Shown: positions 18,181-27,709 of the stretch, piece after piece
Position numbering within the stretch: the stretch's first letter is position 1
How the letters are laid out: every line of letters starts with the position of its first letter
DNA from: Deltaproteobacteria bacterium TL4
GTDB taxonomy: Bacteria; SAR324; NAC60-12
Direction: 5' to 3'
NCBI GenBank assembly: GCA_051382335.1
Contig: JBBCAX010000054.1
Coordinates: 1-35,763 of the forward strand
DNA: 35,763 bases
Translations under genes and position numbers: made by a program
Notes under the pieces: model-generated
Database searches by the model: none
Seen by the model: the letters and a program-made list of their open reading frames with translations, nothing else
Told to the model about the DNA's origin: nothing

Positions 18181-20397
18181 TTGGTCGCGTTAGACGCGAA
18201 AACCCGTGAAATGGAGGAACTTCAGCCTTTTTTGCAGTCGGTAAATCACAATCGGATGACTATTGGTGACGCCGCGGCAAAGTATCTGAAGTTGATTCTG
18301 GAACATCCCTTGAGGGCAAAAACCCTTCAACTATCAAAGGGCGCGATGAAATGGAAGGTCGATTATGAGTTAGCGGAGCAACTCAATGAAACAACGTTGA
18401 ATAACCTCAAACAAGGCAGAATTTTGATTGATCTGAATTCGCTGGAACGCCTTTTTGAAGATATTTGCTCGGGTGTGTACTATAAACTTGAAGCCAAAGC
18501 CATGAGCCTGGATCTTCAAAATCATATTGAGTTGAGCCTTCCAGATTTGTTAGCCAAACCCCTCACCGATGATAATTTCATGGAGGTCCTTCGTCTTCGT
18601 TATGATATCTCCACTTATTTATTCGCTTTTTCCTTATTTGAACAATCTCAGCAACGGGATCAGGAATTAGAAAACAGAATCAAATCCGCTCTTGGTGACA
18701 TTGAGGAACTCGAGGACGCGGAGATTTCACACCTCTGTCAATTTCTGACCGATACCGATCAAATTGATGTAGGCAAACACGGATTTTATTTTGATCCTGT
18801 TCCTAAAGAAGAAAAACTGGAGTGGAAACGCTGGGAACGACGTTCCAATTATTTAGGGGAATATCCGCCAACCATGGATTCCCCGGAACAACTCGACTAC
18901 CCTGCTTTTATTGTAAATTCCCCCAAACGACCGGTTTCTATTTTATTTGACGTCTCAATGTCGATGAGCAACAGTCTGGATGTCGCCTTGAGAGCAACCG
19001 AAGAACTGATTTATCAACTGGAAGGCCATCCGGTATCTTTTGTTTTGTTTTCATCCATGTCCGGGTTATTGAAAGCGGGCATGCCCTTTATCAGCAAAGG
19101 AAAATCCTTCAAAGAAGAAATCGCCTGGCTTTATCCCGTAGTGCAAGCCGTTCATGCTTTCCCGAGACTGACAGGATGGACTTCGATCGGAAGCGGCGTG
19201 ATGCAGGGGCAGCGAATCGCCTCATCCATCGCGGTGAAAATGAAAGCCTTTCCACAATGGATGAACCGGGATCATTTTTCTTCGCATTGTATTCTTGTCT
19301 CTGATAATTTACACAACTCGCCGAGAGATCTGTCTGTCAAAGGAAAACGTGGCGAAATGGTAATCCAGCATCCTGAAAATGTGGTAGCTCACGCGTTAAA
19401 TCATGGTTGTGTGATTCATAACCTGATGGTCTGTCCCGCTCCTCAGGTAAAAAGACCTGAAACGAGCCTCTTCAAAGGTCCTGTGAGTTTAACAGCGCAG
19501 ATCCAGCATTTACGGTATAAAGAAGTTCTTGCCCATGATTTTTTAGTTTTTGAGCGAACCAGAGTCTCGAAACAACGGGAAATCCGAGCCAGAATTTACC
19601 TGAGAAATGACCTTGGAAAAAACGGGAAACGCGTGATGATTGTCGAACACAATGAAACGAGAAAAAAGCTGTTTACGATGGAGGGAGAACAGCAAGGGGA
19701 AGTCAATTCCATTGATTTAGCCTGTTTTATCATTTATGTCAGAGACTATGTGGTCAAAGACGGAGGATTACTGGACGCATTTGATTTTCTGCTTCAAGGT
19801 CATCCTCTTACCCTTAATGATTTTCATCAAAACCCGGTGAATGTTGAAAAAATAAGCGCGTTTTACGCCTATTTATTTGATGACGTGGATTTGAATTTTT
19901 TAGGAGATTTAAGTTCTTATGACGTCCATCCCTTTGAGGCCTTTGAGGTCAGTCATTTTATCTCAGCCAGCCAAAAAGAGTTAATGAACCTTCAGGTCAC
20001 TCCTGTCCTGCTGGATCTGCCAGAGCCTGTCGTTTTTGGAAAGTACACCTTAACTGACATCGGATACCGCTGGGTTCTTAAGGAAATGAAAAAGAGGGGC
20101 TATTCGCTTGGGGATCTCGAATGTATCCAAAACTCCATCCCTGAAATTCTGGACCAACCCTTTTACTCTAAAACCGAGTTTGTCGAGATGTTGGAACAAC
20201 GCACAGGACAGTCCCGCTATTGGGGCAAAGAGAGTTATTTCGATGGAATGGTGTTCGTCCGTGGCCCCATCCAAATGCTGCAGGAATGGGCCATCAATTC
20301 CTACGCTTTCTGTTCCAACGCTTATTTTGGAATGAAGAATGTGCTCGCGATCAAAAAAACAGCGGATCAACTCGCTAAACAGCTTTTGGATGGCTAA
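18181..20397 (+). CDS. Large vWA-domain hypothetical protein, probably 5'-damaged
   Basis: MIDAS-like ILFDVSMSM, then GWTSIG and ILVSDN. The frame is open from 18085 with no ATG or RBS and lies next to the IS1 fragment. Confidence 0.7.
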   Translation: MVALDAKTREMEELQPFLQSVNHNRMTIGDAAAKYLKLILEHPLRAKTLQLSKGAMKWKVDYELAEQLNETTLNNLKQGRILIDLNSLERLFEDICSGVYYKLEAKAMSLDLQNHIELSLPDLLAKPLTDDNFMEVLRLRYDISTYLFAFSLFEQSQQRDQELENRIKSALGDIEELEDAEISHLCQFLTDTDQIDVGKHGFYFDPVPKEEKLEWKRWERRSNYLGEYPPTMDSPEQLDYPAFIVNSPKRPVSILFDVSMSMSNSLDVALRATEELIYQLEGHPVSFVLFSSMSGLLKAGMPFISKGKSFKEEIAWLYPVVQAVHAFPRLTGWTSIGSGVMQGQRIASSIAVKMKAFPQWMNRDHFSSHCILVSDNLHNSPRDLSVKGKRGEMVIQHPENVVAHALNHGCVIHNLMVCPAPQVKRPETSLFKGPVSLTAQIQHLRYKEVLAHDFLVFERTRVSKQREIRARIYLRNDLGKNGKRVMIVEHNETRKKLFTMEGEQQGEVNSIDLACFIIYVRDYVVKDGGLLDAFDFLLQGHPLTLNDFHQNPVNVEKISAFYAYLFDDVDLNFLGDLSSYDVHPFEAFEVSHFISASQKELMNLQVTPVLLDLPEPVVFGKYTLTDIGYRWVLKEMKKRGYSLGDLECIQNSIPEILDQPFYSKTEFVEMLEQRTGQSRYWGKESYFDGMVFVRGPIQMLQEWAINSYAFCSNAYFGMKNVLAIKKTADQLAKQLLDG

Positions 20398-20426
20398 ATT
20401 AGGAAAACGGACATTACTGCCTGGAT

Positions 20427-20516
20427 GTTGGGTTTCGCTACCGCTCTACCCAACCTACTGAAATGATGTTTGTCCCCAATTTCTTTTTGGAGAAAGGGAG
20501 CCTGTCCCCAATTTCT
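20427..20516. repeat. Single REP arm plus duplicated TGTCCCCAATTTCTTTT motif
   Basis: GTTGGGTTTCGCTACCGCTCTACCCAACCTAC is the reverse complement of the REP at 14641 with one mismatch. Confidence 0.75.
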
Positions 20517-20627
20517 TTTATAAATCTTGTACCAGTTTTTTAAGGACTTTCTGATTGAGTGCTTTCATTTGCAGCATAAAACTTCCTCCTTCAAACGGAT
20601 ACCTGTTTTAGTATCACAGAGCATAAA

Positions 20628-20819
20628 TATAGACGTTCATTTAAATAAATTCATTTGAGTCTAACCTACTGTGGAGTGCCAAAGCTTGCTTTGATCAAAG
20701 CCAAAGCAAGGCCATCGCCTTTCTGGCCAAAACGAGCTTTGGCACTCCTGAAACAGCGTTGTTTAAACGGATCACGCAACAGGATGAGTTTTCTGAATTT
20801 ATTTAAATGAACATCTATA
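20628..20819. mobile_element. TATAG-ended MITE (26-bp TIR) carrying a GGAGTGC-family REP
   Basis: TATAGACGTTCATTTAAATAAATTCA / TGAATTTATTTAAATGAACATCTATA (one mismatch). Cargo GGAGTGCCAAAGCTTG...GAGCTTTGGCACTCC. Confidence 0.88.
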
Positions 20820-20946
20820 GCTGGAATAATGGCAAATTACTTTTCTTTTTGAGATGAGCGATAATTAGAGGACCCGCCTCGACTAAAGGAGGCGGAAAGC
20901 TTGTTGATGGACCTAGGACTTCGAGGCAGAACTTCTAGAACTTATA

Positions 20947-20968
20947 CTTCCAACCTCAAGGTTGGAAG
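20947..20968. terminator. Hairpin downstream of the PFOR operon (REP-like, possible terminator)
   Basis: CTTCCAACCT-CA-AGGTTGGAAG; same style as the hairpin at 30012-30044. Confidence 0.4.
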
Positions 20969-20999
20969 CGAGAACGAGGTTCGTTGAAGAGACACCACT

Positions 21000-21986
21000 T
21001 TAATAATTCTTTAATATTTTGATATAGTTTGCCCGTTCAAAAGCGGCAGAGTCAGGGACTTGATTGCGGCTCATGATGCCACGAATTTCTTTAACTGAAG
21101 CAAACTCACGAACTTCCATCCAGCGCTCAAGCCCCGCGAGTAATGTGCGCAAAAACGGGATACCCTGTAGATGTAGCACGGAAGTCGTCATCACCACATC
21201 GGCACCCGCTAACAAATATTTAATTATTTCATCGGCACTTTTTACGCCGCCTGTCGCGGCAAGAGAGGCCTTGATTTGCCCATACAACACGGCGACCCAC
21301 AAGAGAACCCTGCGCAGATCGTTTGACGAACTGTATTCAACATCCGAAACAATTTCCAAACGTTCAATATCAAAATCAGGTTGTAGAAAACGGTTGAACA
21401 TCACAATCGCATCAGCACCGGCGTTATCAAATTGTTTGGCGATATTGGCCATGGCACTGAAGTAGGGGCCAACTTTGATTGCAATAGGAATAGAAACCGT
21501 TTTTTTGACAGCATGGAGAATATCTAAATAACGTTGCTCAACTTCACGACCCGTAACAGACAGGTCGGCAGGAATATAAACCATATTGAGTTCAATGCCT
21601 TTGGCCCCAGCTTCCTGAATTTCACGAGCATAATCAATCCAGCCTTCATTGGTGATGCCGCTGAGACTCCCAATGATCGGAATGTCAACCGCCTTTGAGG
21701 CTTTGGAGATCGTTTCCAGATAACTCTCCGCACCAAAACGAAAATCATCGGCGTCACTGAAATAGGTCAACGCTTCCGCATTACTATCAGTGCTGGATCC
21801 CACGAATTCATCATAGTCGGCCATTTCTTTTTTTATTTGTTCTTCAAATAAAGAATAGGTCACGACAGCGCCTGCGCCACAATCCTCCATTTGTCTAATA
21901 TTATCTACCGTTTCTGATAAGGGTGATGCGGCAACGACAATGGGGTTTTTCAATTCAAGTCCCATATAGGCTGTACGTAAATCCAT
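21000..21986 (-). CDS. Dihydroorotate dehydrogenase-like flavoprotein (PFOR-associated type)
   Basis: MDLRTAYMGLELKNPIVVAASPL, SLFEEQI, PIAIKVGPYFS, FNRFLQPDFD, LAATGGV, SAAFERANY. Confidence 0.92.
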   Translation of the reverse strand: MDLRTAYMGLELKNPIVVAASPLSETVDNIRQMEDCGAGAVVTYSLFEEQIKKEMADYDEFVGSSTDSNAEALTYFSDADDFRFGAESYLETISKASKAVDIPIIGSLSGITNEGWIDYAREIQEAGAKGIELNMVYIPADLSVTGREVEQRYLDILHAVKKTVSIPIAIKVGPYFSAMANIAKQFDNAGADAIVMFNRFLQPDFDIERLEIVSDVEYSSSNDLRRVLLWVAVLYGQIKASLAATGGVKSADEIIKYLLAGADVVMTTSVLHLQGIPFLRTLLAGLERWMEVREFASVKEIRGIMSRNQVPDSAAFERANYIKILKNY

Positions 21987-22127
21987 AAATGTTCCTTTCT
22001 GCAAAAGGGGTTATGTGTGTCTCCGCGAATCCTTGGAATCCGTTTTTCTGCCCAATACATTGGTTTGGGTGGGTTACACTTTGGGGCGAACCCACCCTTC
22101 AAACTCACAGACTCTTCACGGAAGCTT

Positions 22128-25100
22128 CTAGACAAAAGGTTGAAAACCAGAAGCATCTATTTTTGAGAGGTCTTCATAGGTTTTCCAACGTAAATCGACA
22201 TGCTTTTGAGCCAAGACCATCAATTTTTCCGCTTCCTCAGGATTCGTTCGGGTCAATACTTTGTATCGCATCTCGTTGTAGGCATAGTCTCGCAACGAAA
22301 TCGATGGACGCAAAGAATCCAAAACAAAAGGATTTTGTCCCGCCTGACTCAATTCAGGGTTATAACGAATTAAAGGCCAGTACCCGCTATTGACTGCCAG
22401 CTTTTGCTGCTGGAGTCCTTGCTTCATATTAATGCCATGAGCAATACAGTGACTGTACGCCAAAATCAAGGAAGTTCCAGGATAAGCCTCGGCTTCCCTG
22501 ATGGCCAGTAGTGACTGTTGCGGGTTTGCGCCCATCGCGATTTGGGCGACATAGACATTACCATAAGAAATGGCTTGCAGTGCCAAATCCTTTTTGCCGA
22601 CCCGTTTTCCTGCCGCGGCGAATTTAGCGGTAGCCGCTGGTGGCGTTGCCTTGGACATTTGGCCTCCGGTGTTGGAATAAACTTCCGTGTCCATCACCAG
22701 TATATTGACATTTCGGCCACTTGCGAGCACGTGATCCAAGCCTCCGGAACCGATGTCATAGGCCCAGCCATCACCGCCAACAGCCCAAACACTACGTCTG
22801 ACGAGATGATCCACCACGGATAACAGGCCCCTGGCCTTGGCGGAGTTTAATTTTTTTAACTTCGCTTTCAACTTTGCGACCCGGATGCGTTGCGTGAGGA
22901 TTTGAGACTCATATTGCTGAGGTACGTTCAGCAAAGAATCTATGAATTCGTCACCAAACTCTGCGCGAAAATGCTGGAGCAATTCCTGAGCAATTTCAAG
23001 ATGTTTGTCTGCGGTAACCCGCATTCCCAAGCCAAACTCGGCATTATCTTCAAATAATGAATTAGACCATGCCGGACCGTTGCCTTCCTGATTGACAGTC
23101 CAAGGGGTGGTCGGGAGATTTCCTCCGTAAATGGAAGAACAGCCTGTCGCGTTGGCAACAATCAAACGGTCTCCAAAGAGTTGCGACAATAACTTGACAT
23201 AAGGGGTTTCACCGCATCCGGAACACGCGCCGGAAAATTCAAACAGAGGTTCCAGGAATTGAGCGCCCCGGATTGAAGAAAAATCAACGCTGGAACGATC
23301 GTTTAGAGGAATTTTTTCAAAGAACCGAATGTTCGCTTTCTTTCTCTCCACATGCGCGTCTTTGGCTTTCATCTTGATCGCTTTGAGCCCGCTCTCCTTC
23401 AGGCTAAACGCAGGGCAGGCATCCACACAAAGTTCACAACCGGTACAGTCCTCAACATAAATTTGTAAGGTGTATCGGGTTTCAGGAAATCCACGGGCCG
23501 TGACTGGCGCGGAGGGAAAGGACTCAGACGCGTTTCTCAAATGAACCACATTATAGAACTTGGCCCGGATCACCCCATGCGGGCAAACGAAGCTACAATT
23601 TCCACATTGAATACAAATGTCCGGTTCCCAGACCGGAACGATATCAGAAATATTTCTTTTTTCCCATTTTGTGGTTCCACTAGGATAAGTCCCATCCACC
23701 GGAAGCATACTCACCGGAAGCTCATCACCATGCCCCTTCATCATCATGGCGGTTACTTCTTGTACAAATTTTGGTGCACGAGTAGAAACGGTTAGTGGAA
23801 ATTCACGGTGACTGCTGACCTTCTCCGGAATTTTTACTTCATGCAAATGACTCAAGGTGTCATCCACCGCTTTGTAGTTTTTTTCTACAATGTTTTTGCC
23901 TTTAGTCTCGTATGTCTTTTTGATCGCTTCCTTGATCTTAGCGATGGCTTCATCTCGTGGTAATACCCCGGACAAGGCAAAAAAGCAGGTTTGCATGATG
24001 GTGTTGATCCTCCGGTCCATTCCTGATTCCCGAGCAACCGACAACGCGTCAATGACGTAGAATTTGATGGCTTTGTCAATCATTTGCTGCTGTACAGGCC
24101 GAGGCAGCAAATCCCACACTTTTTCATACGGGTAAGGACTGTTCAACAGAAAAGTAGCTCCCGGTTCCGCCTGAGTCAGGACCTCGACCTTTTCCATCAA
24201 AGTGAATTGATGACAGGCGATGAAATTCGCGGATTGAATCAAATAGGGGGCCCTGATGGGATGATCGCCAAACCTTAAGTGGGATGTGGTTTGAGAACCT
24301 GATTTCTTAGAATCATAAACGAAATATCCTTGCGCATAAAGCGGGGTGTTTTCTCCAATAATTTTGATGGAATTTTTATTGGCTCCCACCGTTCCATCAG
24401 AACCAAGGCCATAAAAAAGAGCACGGGTCACCCGTCCATACGCAATATCAAAGCTGGAATCATAGCTCAAACTGGTATGGGTTACGTCATCATTAATTCC
24501 AATGGTGAAATGATTTTTCGGTTGTTCTTTGGACAATTCATCAAAGATGCCTTTGACCATCGCCGGTGTGAATTCTTTGGAAGACAGTCCATAACGTCCA
24601 CCAATGACTTTAGGGAAGGCTTTCAATTTTTCTTGCTGGAGTGCTTCCACCAAAGTGGTGATGATATCCATGTACAACGGTTCTCCACTTGCGCCAACTT
24701 CTTTAGTTCGGTCCAGGACCGCAATGGACTTGGCAGAGGCGGGGAGTACGGCCACAAAGTGGTCCAAGGAAAAAGGACGGTAAAGACGAACCTGGATGAT
24801 GCCGACTTTTTCTCCCTGTTCGCATAAATAACCCACCGTTTCTCTGACAGTTTCCGCGCCCGAGGCCATAATCACAATCACGCGCTCAGCGGCAGGATCC
24901 CCATAGTACTCAAATAATCGATAAGCCCGTCCTGTGAGTTTAGCGAACGCGTCGAGGGTGTCTTGAACAATTTTGGGAAGTTTATCATAATAGGTGTTAA
25001 CGGTTTCTCTCGCTTGAAAATAAACATCCGGATTTTGTGCGGTTCCCCGAATAAAAGGATTACTGGGGTTCAATCCACGCTTTCGATGCGCAAAAACCAG

Positions 25101-25700
25101 CTCATCGTCAATCATGGCGCGAATATGTTCATCAGCGATCAGCTCAATTTTATTCACTTCATGAGAAGTTCTGAAGCCATCGAAAAAGTGCAGAAAAGGA
25201 ACTCTTGCTTGAAGCGTCGCACTTTGACAGATCAAGGCCATATCGTGAGCTTCCTGAACAGAAGCTGACGCCAATAAGGCAAAACCGGTCATCCGTGCCG
25301 CCATCACATCCGCATGGTCTCCAAAAATAGATAACGCCTGTGCCGCTAATGAACGAGCTGCTACATGAAAGACAGCCGCCGTGAGCTCTCCGGCAATTTT
25401 GTACATATTCGGCAGCATCAGCATCAAGCCTTGAGAAGCGGTAAAAGTTGTGGTCAGCGCTCCGGTTTGCAGTGAGCCATGTACAGCACCTGCCGCTCCC
25501 CCTTCACTTTGCATTTCGACCACTTCGGGAATATTTCCCCAAATGTTAGGAATTTTTTTTGAGGCCCAGTAATCAGCCAACTCTGCCATCGTCGATGAAG
25601 GCGTGATGGGGTAAATGGCACAGACTTCATTGACTCGGTAAGCAATATAGGCCGCAGCCTCATTTCCATCGAGAGTCATTATTTGTGTTGTAGTCGTCAT
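22128..25700 (-). CDS. nifJ: Pyruvate:ferredoxin (flavodoxin) oxidoreductase, single-chain
   Basis: YPITPSS, MQSEGGAAGAVHG, GLGSDGTVGANK, two ferredoxin Cys motifs, FSGACSGCGETPY, GGDGWAYDIG, EVYSNTGGQ. Confidence 0.98.
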   Translation of the reverse strand: MTTTTQIMTLDGNEAAAYIAYRVNEVCAIYPITPSSTMAELADYWASKKIPNIWGNIPEVVEMQSEGGAAGAVHGSLQTGALTTTFTASQGLMLMLPNMYKIAGELTAAVFHVAARSLAAQALSIFGDHADVMAARMTGFALLASASVQEAHDMALICQSATLQARVPFLHFFDGFRTSHEVNKIELIADEHIRAMIDDELVFAHRKRGLNPSNPFIRGTAQNPDVYFQARETVNTYYDKLPKIVQDTLDAFAKLTGRAYRLFEYYGDPAAERVIVIMASGAETVRETVGYLCEQGEKVGIIQVRLYRPFSLDHFVAVLPASAKSIAVLDRTKEVGASGEPLYMDIITTLVEALQQEKLKAFPKVIGGRYGLSSKEFTPAMVKGIFDELSKEQPKNHFTIGINDDVTHTSLSYDSSFDIAYGRVTRALFYGLGSDGTVGANKNSIKIIGENTPLYAQGYFVYDSKKSGSQTTSHLRFGDHPIRAPYLIQSANFIACHQFTLMEKVEVLTQAEPGATFLLNSPYPYEKVWDLLPRPVQQQMIDKAIKFYVIDALSVARESGMDRRINTIMQTCFFALSGVLPRDEAIAKIKEAIKKTYETKGKNIVEKNYKAVDDTLSHLHEVKIPEKVSSHREFPLTVSTRAPKFVQEVTAMMMKGHGDELPVSMLPVDGTYPSGTTKWEKRNISDIVPVWEPDICIQCGNCSFVCPHGVIRAKFYNVVHLRNASESFPSAPVTARGFPETRYTLQIYVEDCTGCELCVDACPAFSLKESGLKAIKMKAKDAHVERKKANIRFFEKIPLNDRSSVDFSSIRGAQFLEPLFEFSGACSGCGETPYVKLLSQLFGDRLIVANATGCSSIYGGNLPTTPWTVNQEGNGPAWSNSLFEDNAEFGLGMRVTADKHLEIAQELLQHFRAEFGDEFIDSLLNVPQQYESQILTQRIRVAKLKAKLKKLNSAKARGLLSVVDHLVRRSVWAVGGDGWAYDIGSGGLDHVLASGRNVNILVMDTEVYSNTGGQMSKATPPAATAKFAAAGKRVGKKDLALQAISYGNVYVAQIAMGANPQQSLLAIREAEAYPGTSLILAYSHCIAHGINMKQGLQQQKLAVNSGYWPLIRYNPELSQAGQNPFVLDSLRPSISLRDYAYNEMRYKVLTRTNPEEAEKLMVLAQKHVDLRWKTYEDLSKIDASGFQPFV

Positions 25701-27355
25701 TGTAAACGCTCCTCTTTTGAAATTGCAGGTTCAGGGATCATTTCAATCGCATGACACGGACATTGCTCATAACAAACAGCGCAACCCGTGCAGATATCAT
25801 AGTTGAAACGATAGAATTTCCCAGGACCCAGTTTAATCACAGTCCCTTCAGGACAAGCACCGAAACAGCCGTCACACTCAAAACAGTTTCCACAAGACAG
25901 ACACCGTTTTGCTTCAAATGAGGCACTTGCCGTGGTCAAACCTGCCATGATTTCATCGAATCCCTGAATGCGCTGATTCAAAGGAATTTGCGATTGCTCC
26001 CGTTGAGGAGCATAGGTTTTGTACCACACATGCAAACGTTTATAACCCACTACAGGATGCTTGGGGGATTGGGTGTAGGGTTGATTCCGCAAATACCCAT
26101 CAATATGCCGGGCCGCTTTTTTCCCATGGCCCACGGCAACCGTAACCGTCCTTTCACTGGGAACCATATCGCCACCAGCAAAAATACCTGGTTCTCCTGT
26201 CATCATATCCGGGCCAACAACCACGGTGCCATCCGATTTAAATTCAAGGCCGGGAAGATTTTTCAAAAACGTCGTTTCTGTGTCTTGCCCCAAAGCCAGA
26301 ATCAAGGAGTCGACTTCCAAAGATTCAATTTCTCCTGTAGGTTGAGGTTTTCCATTTTTATCAACTTCCATGACCTCCACTTTGAACGTGGTACGATCAA
26401 TTTCTTTGATGGTTCGTAACCAATTAATTTTTACCCCTTCCGCCAAGGCTTCATCCGCTTCAAAATCATGAGCGGGCATGTGTTCCCGGTCCCGTCTGTA
26501 AATGATCAGGACCTCACTTGCCCCTGCTCGCTTAGCGGTACGCGCGGCATCCATGGCGGTATTGCCTCCTCCATAAATAGCGACACGACGTCCCAGTTTA
26601 GGGGCCTGTCCCGCACCCGCGTCTTTGAGAAAACTCAGGGCATCCATGATTTTCCCCGCATCACGGCTGGGAATGTCGACTTTTTTGCTGATATGAGCCC
26701 CAATGGCGATAAACACAGCATCAAAGTTCCCTTGCTCTTTTTCAAGCAGAATATCCTCAACTTTATGGTTTAGAACGATTTTGACCCCCATGTCAGCAAT
26801 ACGTTGAATTTCCCGTTCCATTTCCTTCCGGGGAAGTCGATAGGGGGGAATCCCAAAATGCATCATGCCCCCGGCAATGGGACCCGCTTCAAGAATCTCG
26901 ACCGTATGTCCTAAACGGGCTAAATGATAGGCTGCGGAAAGCCCACTCGGGCCTGCGCCAACAATCATAATCCGTTTTCCACTGGGTGGCGCCTCGGTTT
27001 TTACTTTCCAGCCTTGTTCCAAGGCTAAATCACCCAAAAAACGCTCTACCGCATGAATACTTACCGAATTGTCAATTTCATTACGGTTACAGCTGCCTTC
27101 ACAGGGGTGATAACAAACCCTTCCATGAATGGAGGGCATGGGATTGTCTTGCATTAAGATTTGCCAAGCCTGCTCATATTTCCCCACTTGCACCAAGGTC
27201 AGCCAGGCTTGTATGTTTTCACCAGCAGGGCACGCATTGTTACAGGGGGGTAGTAAACTAACGTATACAGGACGCATGGTTCGTAACGCACCCGTACCTC
27301 GTCCATGACTTTTTAAATCAGGTGGAGATGTCATATCGGTGGTGTGAACTCTCAT
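25697..27355 (-). CDS. GltD-like NAD(P)/FAD oxidoreductase with C-terminal 2[4Fe-4S] domain
   Basis: PPCNNACPAG, GRVCYHPCE, VGAGPSGL, GGGNTAMD, CLSCGNCFECDGC, CTGCAVCYEQCPC. 4-bp overlap with nifJ. Confidence 0.93.
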   Translation of the reverse strand: MRVHTTDMTSPPDLKSHGRGTGALRTMRPVYVSLLPPCNNACPAGENIQAWLTLVQVGKYEQAWQILMQDNPMPSIHGRVCYHPCEGSCNRNEIDNSVSIHAVERFLGDLALEQGWKVKTEAPPSGKRIMIVGAGPSGLSAAYHLARLGHTVEILEAGPIAGGMMHFGIPPYRLPRKEMEREIQRIADMGVKIVLNHKVEDILLEKEQGNFDAVFIAIGAHISKKVDIPSRDAGKIMDALSFLKDAGAGQAPKLGRRVAIYGGGNTAMDAARTAKRAGASEVLIIYRRDREHMPAHDFEADEALAEGVKINWLRTIKEIDRTTFKVEVMEVDKNGKPQPTGEIESLEVDSLILALGQDTETTFLKNLPGLEFKSDGTVVVGPDMMTGEPGIFAGGDMVPSERTVTVAVGHGKKAARHIDGYLRNQPYTQSPKHPVVGYKRLHVWYKTYAPQREQSQIPLNQRIQGFDEIMAGLTTASASFEAKRCLSCGNCFECDGCFGACPEGTVIKLGPGKFYRFNYDICTGCAVCYEQCPCHAIEMIPEPAISKEERLQ

Positions 27356-27709
27356 TGCACAGCTCCTTTCTTATTGTGGTTTTAAGGTTGAATCCCTTAT
27401 TTGGCAGTAATGAGTTTTGCGCTCATTACCCCTCATTGAATCATCTATTCTTTCTACCTGTTAGGCGGAGTCACCAGCTTGGGGTTCTTTGGTGTTTTGC
27501 CTTAAAGTTCGCCTCTCTCTTGTTCTTAATAAGATTTATTTAAAAGATCAAAGAAAATTAATGAGAAATAAAAAATGTTGATTCTTTTGGCAATAAAAGT
27601 GTACTTATACGAAATTATGCTCAAAAATAAGGAAACAGGAGTGGTGTTTATTTCATATCATTTTGTTTGATGACTTCAAACCAGGTTTGGTCTTATAGAA
27701 GGACATGTT

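Noticed and set aside
21000..21986. Calling this gene pyrD
   Set aside because: It lacks the SCPN catalytic motif and lies in a PFOR operon, not a pyr context.
21064..27261. Numerous plus-strand ORFs inside the PFOR operon
   Set aside because: They are antisense shadows of strongly conserved minus-strand genes.
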